Counted from the first letter of the stretch, positions 52,553 through 61,918 are shown. The stretch is DNA of 64,000 nucleotides from an uncultured delta proteobacterium (GCA_963745025.1 CAVUWD010000016.1:512001-576000), one strand, 5' to 3'. Numbers and translations are program-made. Notes: generated by a model not told the origin, from the sequence alone.

Positions 52553-52837
52553 CTACTTCTTCGCGCCGAGTACGGCTTCCTTGAAGCTCTTCGCGACGCT
52601 GAAGCGGACTTTCACGCGCGCGGGGATCTTGATCGGCTCGCCGGTTTGCGGGTTGCGCCCCATCCGGGCGCTCGTCTTCCGCTTCTTCCACCCGCCGAGG
52701 TTCGGGATCTTGACCACATCCCCTTTCTTCACGGCACCGATGATCATGTTGACCATCTCAGTCAGAACGGTGTCCGCCTGCTTCTTCGACAATCCCGACT
52801 GCTCCGCCAGCTTTGCCACGAATTGCGACTTGGTCAT
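52553..52837 (-). CDS. hup: HU-family nucleoid protein
   Basis: MTKSQFV..LAE, ARMGRNPQTGEPIKIPA, F..AKSFKEAV; GGAGG SD. Confidence 0.93.
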   Translation of the reverse strand: MTKSQFVAKLAEQSGLSKKQADTVLTEMVNMIIGAVKKGDVVKIPNLGGWKKRKTSARMGRNPQTGEPIKIPARVKVRFSVAKSFKEAVLGAKK

Positions 52838-52866
52838 GCCCCACCCTCCGTCCAAAAAGTTGCGCG

Positions 52867-52895
52867 ACATTAGGTAGCGGTAAAATCTTTGTCAA
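52867..52895 (-). promoter_or_regulatory. sigma70 promoter of hup
   Basis: TTGACA-N17-TAATGT. Confidence 0.65.
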
Positions 52896-52972
52896 GGAGT
52901 TTCTTTCCCTCGTCCTTGTCCCATGCGGCTCAGCGCAGCAGCGAAGCCTTGACTTCCGACCCGCTTTCAGGG

Positions 52973-53926
52973 TCACGCGCTGGCGCGCGGCGTCTGACGG
53001 TAGCCGAGATACACGGCCCCACCTGCGACGCCCGCGAGCATCACGACGGCGAACCAGGTGAGCGCGAACGCGATCGCCGACTCCCGGGAGATGCCGATGT
53101 GCGCGAGGAAGAATACGTATCCACCTTCGCGAACGCCGAGGCCGTTCATGCTCACGGGGATCGCCGCCATGATGTTCACCAACGGCCCGAGAATGAAACA
53201 GTAGGACCACGGCACGGCGAGTCCGAGCGCCCGCGTGAGGATCATCAAGACGCCGATCTGCGACAGGTGAAACATGAAGGACAACGCGCCGATGTCGATC
53301 AAGAGCCGACGGTCATTCCAGTACGGGTGAAGGTCCTGCTCGACGAGCCGACGCAGGCGGTTCTCTCGGGGCAACACCGCCGGCAGCACCCGCGGCAGCA
53401 GCCGCCAGCCGCCGAGCAGCGTGGAGGCCAGAACGATCACCCCCCAGTAAATCCAGGCCGGCAGGTCGTAGTGGTGAAACAGCACGAGCGCTCCGAGCGC
53501 GATTGCGAGCAGCACCGCGAGACCGCTCACGCGGTCCGCCACGACGGTATTGAGGGCGAGCCCGCGCCGACCGTCCTGGCCCGCGAGATAGAGGGCGCGC
53601 ACCACGTCCCCCCCCACCGTGCCGAAGCCGAACGCGTTGAAGAACATGCCGATGAAGTAATACGCGATGAAGCGCGGCAGACTCGCGCGGAAGCCGACCG
53701 CGGAAGCGAGCCGGCGCCACTTGATCGCCGAAAGCAACTGCCCGGCGAGGTAGAGCGCCAGCGCGGCGCAGAGCAGCGCGCCGTCGGCGTGAGCCAGGAA
53801 GCGGCCGATCTCCGCGAAGTCCACACGGCGAGAGAGATACACGAGCAGACCGGCGCTGACGGCGATCTTGATCCCGAGCTTCCAGGAAGTCGCCGCCGCG
53901 CGCGCCCCGAATTCTTGCGCAGGCAC
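52973..53926 (-). CDS. UPF0104/LPG_synthase_TM flippase-like membrane protein
   Basis: KIAVSAGLL, KWRRL, YFIGMFFN..VGGDVVR, DRVSGL, PVSMNGLGVRE. Confidence 0.88.
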   Translation of the reverse strand: MPAQEFGARAAATSWKLGIKIAVSAGLLVYLSRRVDFAEIGRFLAHADGALLCAALALYLAGQLLSAIKWRRLASAVGFRASLPRFIAYYFIGMFFNAFGFGTVGGDVVRALYLAGQDGRRGLALNTVVADRVSGLAVLLAIALGALVLFHHYDLPAWIYWGVIVLASTLLGGWRLLPRVLPAVLPRENRLRRLVEQDLHPYWNDRRLLIDIGALSFMFHLSQIGVLMILTRALGLAVPWSYCFILGPLVNIMAAIPVSMNGLGVREGGYVFFLAHIGISRESAIAFALTWFAVVMLAGVAGGAVYLGYRQTPRASA

Positions 53927-54037
53927 ACGCGGCTTCTATCGGGAACGCCGCGAAATGAAAACGTGCACTCCGCGTAAGGCCAGTGTAAGGCTTCAGTTTT
54001 TGCAAGAACTCACCAAGGCCGTCGCACAACGATCAGC

Positions 54038-54199
54038 GCGCGTGTTTGTGTTCGAGCCGTACTCGGATCGAACACAAACACGCGCCACCGCGCGAAGCGC
54101 GGAACGGTTCGAGCCGCGCCTTGGGTATCGCGTTCCGCGCTTCGCGCCGCGGCGTGGGTTGGCGGTCGACCCGAATACGGCTCGACCGCCAACCCACGC
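54038..54199. other. Triple perfect-hairpin element (candidate structured ncRNA or DNA element)
   Basis: Perfect stems of 18 bp (54038-55/54068-85), 17 bp (54090-106/54131-147) and 18 bp (54152-169/54182-199), separated by 4-nt linkers. Confidence 0.85.
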
Positions 54200-54313
54200 G
54201 CTCTTCCTTGTTCCGCACAGTGCGGTAGCCGTCCTCCGGCAGAAGCTGAGGCCCTACCACCCCGGCTCGCGCCGCGGCTTGGCAGTGCCCGCGAGTTGGC
54301 CTATAGCTCGCGC

Positions 54314-55810
54314 ATGAGCATGGGCCGGACGCTCCGGCGAATCGCGCTGGTCGAGCCTCCGTACGTCTTCTGGGATCGGAGAATGGATCGGCTGCGCCAG
54401 ACCGAGGAATCGATTCCGGGAATCGGCATGCTGGTGTTGGCGGCCGTCGCGCGGCGCAACGGATACGACGTCGCGATCTTCGACGCCAAGGGCAGCGGCG
54501 AGACGCCGGGCGGCGTCGCGGATCGCATTCTCGCGTTTCGACCGGACGTCGTCGGCTTCTCGGCGACCACGATCTCCATCACCAACGCGGCGCGGATCGC
54601 CGGGCTTCTCAAGCGCTCCGTACCCGAGCTCGTCACGGTCGTCGGCGGGCCGCACGTGAGCGCAGTTCCCGAACGCACGCTCGCCGCCTTCCCGAATCTC
54701 GACTATGCCATCATCGGCGAAGGCGAGATCTCCTTCTTCGAGCTTCTCGAACGTCTGCGCTGCGGGCGTGCGATCGAGGGGTGCCCAGGCCTCGTCCATC
54801 GAACGCCTGCGGGTGAGATCGTCGCCAATCCGCGGTCCCCCTACCTCACCGATCTCGACGCCTTGCCGCTCCCGGCCTGGGATCTCGTCCGCGGATTTCC
54901 GCACGGCTTCCATCCGTCGCTCTTCAGCTACCGGAGGTCGCCGGTCGCCACGCTGGTCACGAGCCGCGGTTGTCCCTTCTCGTGCTCGTTCTGCGACCGC
55001 TCCACGTCGGGCAAGCTCGGCCGTTACCACACCACGGAGTCGGTGCTCCGCCACTGCCAGCACCTCGTCGACTTCGGCGTGCGGCACATCATCTTCTACG
55101 ACGACCTCTTCACCGTGAAGAAGAAGCGCGTCGTCGAGCTCTGCGAGGCATTTCTCGCGTGTGGTTTCGATTTCACTTGGAGCTGCAACAGCCACCCGAA
55201 CCTTCTCGACCCGGACACGCTGCGGCTGATGAAGCGGGCGGGTTGCTGGCAGATCGCCTACGGAATCGAGTCCGGTTCACAGCGGATCCTCGACGTGGTC
55301 AAGCGCGAGGTGAGTTTGCCCCGAATGCGCGAGACGCTGCGCATGACCCGTGCCGCCGGCATTCGCGCCAAGGGCTACGTGATGATCGGTCACCCGACGG
55401 AGACGTTACAGACGCTCGAGGAGACCGCGGAGTTTCTCAAGATCGTCGAGCTCGACCTCTGCCAGGTGACGAAATTCACCCCGTACCCGGGCACTCCCGC
55501 CTACTCGACGATTCGCGAGTTCGGCCGCTTCGACGAAGATTGGGAGCGGATGAACGCCATGAACTTCGTGTTCATCCCGAGCGGTCTGAACGAGGAAATC
55601 CTCGAAACCTACTTCCATCGTCTCTATTCGATCTTCTACTGCCGGACCGACGTTCTGCGCGGCATCGCGCGACTGGTCGCGGAGGAGCCGCGCTTCCTCC
55701 GCCAGCTCGGCTCTTCGGCCTGGGTCTACTTGAAATCGCAGTTGCCGGATCGACGCTTCCGCCGCGCGATCTTCGGCAAGCGCGTCGCCCCCGAATCACT
55801 TGCCTCCTGA
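54314..55810 (+). CDS. Cobalamin-binding radical SAM protein
   Basis: PDVVGFS, VVGGPHVS, IGEGE, TSRGCPFSCSFC, FYDDLFT, GIESGSQRIL, PYPGT. Confidence 0.92.
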   Translation: MSMGRTLRRIALVEPPYVFWDRRMDRLRQTEESIPGIGMLVLAAVARRNGYDVAIFDAKGSGETPGGVADRILAFRPDVVGFSATTISITNAARIAGLLKRSVPELVTVVGGPHVSAVPERTLAAFPNLDYAIIGEGEISFFELLERLRCGRAIEGCPGLVHRTPAGEIVANPRSPYLTDLDALPLPAWDLVRGFPHGFHPSLFSYRRSPVATLVTSRGCPFSCSFCDRSTSGKLGRYHTTESVLRHCQHLVDFGVRHIIFYDDLFTVKKKRVVELCEAFLACGFDFTWSCNSHPNLLDPDTLRLMKRAGCWQIAYGIESGSQRILDVVKREVSLPRMRETLRMTRAAGIRAKGYVMIGHPTETLQTLEETAEFLKIVELDLCQVTKFTPYPGTPAYSTIREFGRFDEDWERMNAMNFVFIPSGLNEEILETYFHRLYSIFYCRTDVLRGIARLVAEEPRFLRQLGSSAWVYLKSQLPDRRFRRAIFGKRVAPESLAS

Positions 55811-55817
55811 TCGGACC

Positions 55818-56540
55818 GTGCGCCGCAAGCGAATCGCGATCTGGGTCCTCGGCGCGGGCGCGATGCTCGCCGCGCTCATGGTGGCGAGGGCCGCCGAATC
55901 GGACGCCGATCGCCGATCCGAGCGCGCCGCGATGGTGGAGCAACAGATCGTCGAGCGCGGCATCACCGAGCCCCGCTTGCTCGCGGCGCTGCTCGCGGTT
56001 CCCCGTCACCGCTTCATCCCGGACGCATGGCAGGCGCAGGCCTATGCGGATGGCCCGCTGCCGATCGGCGAAGGTCAAACGATCTCGCAGCCCTATATCG
56101 TCGCCAAGATGACCGAGCTGCTCGCGCTACGCCCCACGGACCGCGTGTTCGAGCTCGGCACCGGCTCGGGATATCAGGCCGCCGTCGCCTCGCGCCTCTG
56201 TGCGCACGTCTTCTCCGTCGAGATCCAGCCGCCACTCGCCGCGCGCGCCGCGCGCCTGCTTCGAGAGCTCGGTTACGACAACGTGAGCGTGCGCAGCGGC
56301 GACGGCTTTCGCGGCTGGCCCGAGGCCGCGCCGTTCGATGCGATGGTGATCACCGCCGCCGTCCCCGAAATCCCTGACGAGCTCTTGAAGCAGCTCAAGG
56401 CCGGCGGACGCGCGGTCCTGCCCGTCGGGCCGCCGCTCGGCATCCAGGACCTCGTGCTCGTCGAGAAAGGCGCCGGAGGCGAGGCGGTCACCCGGACGAT
56501 CTTCCCGGTGCGCTTCGTCCCGGCGACCGGAAGGCAATGA
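55818..56540 (+). CDS. pcm: Protein-L-isoaspartate O-methyltransferase with N-terminal signal-like segment
   Basis: VPRHRF, AYAD.PLPIGEGQTISQPYIVA, ELGTGSGYQAA, GWPEAAPFD, VRFVP. Confidence 0.93.
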   Translation: MRRKRIAIWVLGAGAMLAALMVARAAESDADRRSERAAMVEQQIVERGITEPRLLAALLAVPRHRFIPDAWQAQAYADGPLPIGEGQTISQPYIVAKMTELLALRPTDRVFELGTGSGYQAAVASRLCAHVFSVEIQPPLAARAARLLRELGYDNVSVRSGDGFRGWPEAAPFDAMVITAAVPEIPDELLKQLKAGGRAVLPVGPPLGIQDLVLVEKGAGGEAVTRTIFPVRFVPATGRQ

Positions 56541-56549
56541 TTCGCGGCT

Positions 56550-57002
56550 CTACGGCGCGCGGACGATCTCCACTTCCGCCCGTACGGCGCACGCCACCGA
56601 ATTGGCAATGAAGCAGCCGTCGTGGGCCGCCTCGACGAGCGAGCGCGCCTTCGCTTCATCGGCCGATCCCGAAATCGTGATGCGGGGATGAAGGACCACC
56701 TCGGTGACGCGCATCTTTCGATCGGCGATCGCGAGCGTCGCGTCCGCGCCGTCCTCGTAGGCGACGACCTCGATCCCGGCGCGCGAGGCGAGGGCGAGAT
56801 AGGTGAGCATCTGACAGGAAACCAACGAGGCCAAGAACAGCTCCTCGGGATTCAACTTGCTCGGATCCCCTCGGTACTGCGGCGCCGCGGACACTTCCAC
56901 CGCCGGTCGTCCCGCGAACTCGACCCGGTGATTCCCGGTCGCAACCCCCTCGCCGCCCTTCTTCCAGGTCAGATGCGCATGGAATGCATGCTGGATCGCC
57001 AT
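56550..57002 (-). CDS. OsmC/Ohr family protein
   Basis: NPEELFLASLVSCQML...AH..CFIANSV; GGAGG SD. Confidence 0.9.
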   Translation of the reverse strand: MAIQHAFHAHLTWKKGGEGVATGNHRVEFAGRPAVEVSAAPQYRGDPSKLNPEELFLASLVSCQMLTYLALASRAGIEVVAYEDGADATLAIADRKMRVTEVVLHPRITISGSADEAKARSLVEAAHDGCFIANSVACAVRAEVEIVRAP

Positions 57003-57040
57003 CGGCACCTCCCGTTGCGAGCAGCCTAGCGCCTGTCCTA

Positions 57041-57117
57041 CCTCGCTCCCGTTGGTCGCGAGGCTGCTCCGGTAGAATGTTCGGCCGGAGCTGACCTCGC
57101 GAGCAACGGGAGCAAGG
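57041..57117. repeat. Long imperfect palindrome (dispersed repeat family)
   Basis: GCTCCCGTTG-g-TCGCGAGG-ct-GCTCCGG / CCGGAGC-tga-CCTCGCGA-g-CAACGGGAGC. Confidence 0.75.
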
Positions 57118-57238
57118 CCCAACAATCGCTAAGCTTCGACCACTCAGCCTGGCACACTAGCATGTCCCGCGCTACGTCTCGACCAGCAGGCTCCGACGAC
57201 CTGTTGGCAAGCCGCAACACGCGAGATAGATCGAGCGC

Positions 57239-58342
57239 ATGAGCCTCGAGGTCTTCAAGAAGCTTCCGCTCGGCGGTCTCGACCGGCGCGCGCTCGCCAC
57301 TTCGCTCGCCGCGCAGGGCAAGACGATGGCAACCCAGCTCCTCGCCGAGCACCGTGCGACCGTTCGTCCCCAGGGCACGACGATCCGCCCGGACGCTGCC
57401 GTGCTGATTCTCGGCGGATCGAACGGAATCACGCGCGCGCTCGCCATTCAGCTGCTGTTCGGCGAGAAGGCGCCCGTCTACGGTGTTCACTACGACAGCG
57501 AGAAGCTGCAGATCGGCTTCTTCCACGTCCAGGCGCTCTGTCAAGCCGCGGCCGCGGCGGGTCTGACGGCTCGATTCTGGAACGACGACGCGACCCGGCC
57601 CGCGACCGTCGAGGCGGTCGTCGCCGAGCTTCGCCAACGTCACAAGGTCGTCCATCTCATCAATGGCATCGCCGCGGGCGCCACCAAGCGCTACGCGCAG
57701 CACGGACCCACTCGGGTGAAGGATCTCGACGTCGCGTTTCACCCCGTCCTGCAGGTGCCGGACTTCTCCCGCCCGGAGAACGTTCGCAGGCTCGGGCTCG
57801 TCGACGTGGAAGTCGCGACCGACGCCGACATCGAGCGCACCAATCGGTTCATGGGCACCTCGTCGCTGCTGTGGGCCGAGGCGTTGGCCGGCGCGGGGCT
57901 CCTGGCCGCGAATGAAAGCGTCGTGGCGTTCTGCGACTACGATTATCCGCCCGACGATCCCGTGTACGCGATGGGCCCGCTTGCGGGGGCCAAGAACCTC
58001 CAGCGCGAGACGATGGGCGAGATCGGCCGCCGCTTCGGAGCGCGCGCGGCGCGCCTGTGCTATCCGGCGATGGCGACGACCGCGCTCGGTGCGATCCCCG
58101 GCGGCCTCCTCATGTATGCGCTCACCGCCGAGCTTCTCAAGGAGCGTGGACAGTACAAGGACCTGCCCGAGCTCGCGGCCGAGTCGATGGAAATCTTCCG
58201 CGGCTCCTGGGACGGTCGAGAGCTCCGGCTCGATCGCGCCTACCAGGAGTGCTTGCCGGAATTCTTCGCGCGCAGCCGAGCGCTCGAGCCGGGCGATCTG
58301 CCGCAAGCGCTCCATCTGCTGCTCTCTCCTTCGCCGAAATAG
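57239..58342 (+). CDS. Divergent FabV / trans-2-enoyl-CoA reductase-like SDR
   Basis: VLILGGSNG..FG Rossmann start, EVATDADIERT..FMG, Y-X8-K motif (YAMGPLAGAK). Confidence 0.65.
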   Translation: MSLEVFKKLPLGGLDRRALATSLAAQGKTMATQLLAEHRATVRPQGTTIRPDAAVLILGGSNGITRALAIQLLFGEKAPVYGVHYDSEKLQIGFFHVQALCQAAAAAGLTARFWNDDATRPATVEAVVAELRQRHKVVHLINGIAAGATKRYAQHGPTRVKDLDVAFHPVLQVPDFSRPENVRRLGLVDVEVATDADIERTNRFMGTSSLLWAEALAGAGLLAANESVVAFCDYDYPPDDPVYAMGPLAGAKNLQRETMGEIGRRFGARAARLCYPAMATTALGAIPGGLLMYALTAELLKERGQYKDLPELAAESMEIFRGSWDGRELRLDRAYQECLPEFFARSRALEPGDLPQALHLLLSPSPK

Positions 58343-58408
58343 CGGAGCTGCGAGCCGCTCCGCAGCAGACTCGCTTGACTCGGCGCATCTGCGGAGGAAG
58401 TTTGGTCC

Positions 58409-61400
58409 ATGCGTTGCCTCACCTGCGGCACCGAGCTGATCGCCGGCGCGAAGTTCTGTCATGCCTGCGGCGCTGGCACGGCCCAGACGTGCCCGAGCTG
58501 CGGCTCGCCGATCCGCCCGGAATTTCGTTTCTGTCCGCAATGCGGCTTCGCCTTGGCGGCGACCACCGGCGGCCCCGCCACCGAGACTCCCGCGTCGACT
58601 TCCTCGCCGGCTCCCTCCGAGGACCGTTTGGGGCGCCTCGCGCGCCACATCCCGGAGGACCTGGCGCAAAAGATCCGCGGCATCCAGGGCACGATCGCGG
58701 GGGAGCGAAAGCTCGTCTCGGTGCTGTTCTGCGATCTCGTTGGCTCGACCGCGCTCGCGGAGCGCATGGATCCCGAGGAATACCGCGATCTGCTCGACCA
58801 GTACCTCGAGCTCGCGTTCCAGCAGATCTATCGCTTCGAGGGCATCGTCAACCAGCTCGCGGGCGACGGTCTGATGGCGCTGTTCGGAGCGCCCGTCGCG
58901 CACGAGGACGCGCCCTACCGCGCGGTGCGGGCCGCCTGCGAGATCCAGCTGGCGCTGACCGAGTTCAATCGAGCGCTTCCCGCCCGGCGCGGCTTCGAGC
59001 TGATGGCACGGATCGGGATCAACACCGGGCCTGTCGTCGTCGGCACGGTCGGGAACGATCTCAAGATGGACTACACGGCGATCGGCGACACCACGAATCT
59101 CGCGGCTCGCCTGCAGTCGCTCGCGGCTCCCGGATCGATCCTGGCAAGCGAATCCACCTATCGTCTGGTCCGCGGCTTCTTCCAGGTCCAGGCGACCGGT
59201 CCGTTCGCGATCCGCGGCAAGGCCGAGCCGGTCAACGCCTACGAGATTCTCGGCCGTAGCGAGATCACGACGTCGCTCGGCGCCGCGGAAGCCCGCGGCC
59301 TGACGCCGCTCGTCGGTCGCGACGAGGAGCTGTCGCAGCTCGCCGACTGCTTCGCGCGCGTGCACGGCAGCTTGCCGCAGGTCGTGACCGTCGTCGGCGA
59401 TGCGGGAAGCGGAAAGTCGCGTCTCCTCTTCGAGTTCCGGCAGAGTCTCGCCGTCGCGCCTGTCGTGTTCTTCGAGGGACGCTGCTCGGCCCTGAAGCAA
59501 AAGATCCCCTACGCGCCGTTTCTGCTCATGCTGAAGCAGTTCTTCGCCATCCGCGCTGCCGATTCGCCGACCCGCACCTGCGAGATGATTGCCGAACGGG
59601 TGCGCGACTTCGATCCGCGCCTCGACGAGATTTATCCCTTTCTCTGCCGGATGCTCTCCGTGAACACGGACGACCACACGGTCGCTCAGCGGCCGGCCGA
59701 TCTGCCCCCCGACGAGATCAAGCGCGAGACCTTTCAAGCGCTCGCCGACCTGGTGGTTCGCGTCAGCGAGCGCACTCCGGTCGTGCTCGTGATCGAGGAT
59801 CTCCACTGGATCGACGAAGCATCCCTCGAGCTTCTCGAGCTCGCCGTGGCGCAGCTCTCCCGCTCCCGCGTGATGATGATCTTCACGCATCGCCCGGACT
59901 TCCACACCACGTGGCGCTCGCAAGTATCGTTCACCCGCCTGTCGCTGCGCGCGCTCTCCGACGACGAGACGCTGGCGATCGTTCGGGCCGTCGCCGCCGG
60001 GCCTCTGCCGCCCGATCTGGAGGTTCGGATTCTCGCCAAAGCGGAAGGCAGTCCGTTCTTCGCCGAGGAGATCACGCGGGCGCTTTTCGAAGAGGGATAC
60101 GTCACGGTCGAGGGCGGACGGGCCCGACTCACGCGGCCAATCGAGGAGGTATCGCATCCCGGGAACCGTGCAGGAGGTGATCGCGGCGCGCCTCGACCGG
60201 CTCGGCGCGCAGGCCAAGCGCGTCGTCCAGGTCGCCTCGGTGCTCGGCCGCCAGTTTCACCGCCATCAGCTCGTGCGTTTGCTCGAGCGAGGGCGTCGAC
60301 GTGGCGACGATCCTCGCCTAGCTCGAGAGCCGTGGAATCCTGCATCGCAAGAACGTGCTCTCCAACGACGAGTTCCGGTTCGGCGAGAGCCTCACGCAGG
60401 AGGTGGCCTACGATGGTTTGCTGCTGAAGCGAGCGCCGGCAGATCCACGAGCGGATCGGTTTGCTTGCTCGAGGCCGATCCGAACGACGGGAACGCGGAG
60501 CGCGTCGCGCTGCTCGCGCATCATTTCTCGCGTAGCGACAATCGCCGAAAGGCGCTCGGCGCGCTGCTCGCGGCGGCGCGCGATGCCGAGCGTTTGCCGT
60601 CCTATCCCAGCGCGACCGACTTCTATCGTCAGGCCTGGCAACTCGGTTACGCGTCGCTCGCCGAGGGAGCCGACGTCGACGATGACTTTCGGCGCCTGAC
60701 GTTGAGCGCGGCGCTCGATCTGTGCCGCATGGCCGTCGTGTACGGCGCGACCCCCCAGTCCGTCGACGTCGAGAACGCGGCGCGGGTCGGGCGCGATCTC
60801 GCCGAGGCCCTCGGCGACACCGAGGCCGCTGCGGGCTTTCGCGCCTACCACGGCATGATCGCCATGAGCGGCAGCCGCGAGCGCTTCGCGGAGGGGCTCG
60901 CGCTGGTCGAGAGCGGATACACCCTCGCGCAAGACGGCGGCCTGCCTGGCGCCTCGCTGATCGCCCGGGCTCTCGGCTTGAGCTACCTGTACGACGGGCA
61001 GATCGAGCGCGCCCGGCGGGTCAGCGAGTGCGTGCTCCGCCGGCTCGACGAGACCGGGCACCGCGAGCGCCTCAGCGACCTCTACTTCTCCGCGCTGTGG
61101 ATGCAGAACGCCATGCTCGTGTACGGCGGCGACGACGTCGCCGCCGCCATCGCCGACGCGCAGGCCGGCTACGATCTGGCGGTGCGAGCCAATAACCGCA
61201 CCTTTCGCGGCGGCATGGCCTCGGTACTCGCCCAGCAGCATTTCATGCGGGGCGACTACGCCGAGGCGAAGCGATGCGCCGATCAGAGCCTCGAGATCGC
61301 CGAGGTGATCGGCAACGTGACGGCGATCCGCGCGTCGGCGGCGGTGGCGCTCGGTGCGCGGCGCGAACTGGGCGAGAGCGTGACCCCCGAGCGCTACCTC

Positions 61401-61862
61401 CGTCCGCTTGAAGACGGCTTCGCGATGGCGAGCAATCTCTCGCTCCAAGTCCGGCTGATCGTCGACGTGCTGCTCAGCGTCGGCGAGTTGGCACTCGCCG
61501 AGCGGGCCGCCCGCCTCGCGTACGAGCGGGCTGGCGGCCGCCTGCGCGACATGCTGGCGCGCCAGGCGCTCGGCGAGGTGCTCACGCACCTCGGCACGGC
61601 ACACCACGCCGAGGCGGCCGCTTGCTTCGAGCAGGTCGGAGAGGTGGCCGCCGAGATCGGCCTGCGGGCGATAGCCGCGCATGCGAAGCTCGGCCTCGGA
61701 CGCCTGGCACAGCTCGGCGGCGACCGCGCGGGCCGCGACCGTCACCTTCTCGATGCGCGGGCGACGTTCGCGGACCTGGGCCTGCGGCGCTACGCCGAGC
61801 GTGCCGAGCGCTGGCTCGCCGACCTCGAGCCGGTCGTCGGCGCGCTAGCCGAATCCGCCTGA
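58409..61862 (+). pseudogene. Zinc-ribbon / class III adenylate-guanylate cyclase / AAA ATPase / TPR-like protein, disrupted (or local assembly error)
   Basis: Double CxxC ribbons, ERKLVSVLFCDLVGST, GDGLMALFG, GDTTNLAARL, GDAGSGKS, IEDLHWID; frame breaks near 60151, 60287, 60430 and 60463 plus in-frame TAG 60319-60321. Confidence 0.8.
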
Positions 61863-61918
61863 GCCTGAGACCGACGCCGCCGCGCGTAAGTCCCGGCGTG
61901 GATGTCGTCCTTCGCCTT

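Noticed and set aside
54010-54260. Short ORFs over the triple hairpin (60-149 aa)
   Set aside because: No SD or motifs; the similar peptides on both strands are a by-product of the palindromes
53930-54313. Cobalamin riboswitch, CRISPR mini-array or integron attC explanation for the hairpins
   Set aside because: No B12-box/GGGAA consensus, no identical repeats with spacers or cas genes, and no RYYYAAC/GTTRRRY ends or extrahelical bases
57038-60217. 1059-aa minus-strand ORF
   Set aside because: Antisense shadow of the FabV-like and cyclase genes caused by high-GC codon bias; no motifs
60319-60321. In-frame TAG as pyrrolysine or readthrough recoding
   Set aside because: It is surrounded by several indels, the position fits an ordinary Glu/Gln, and no pyl genes are present in the window
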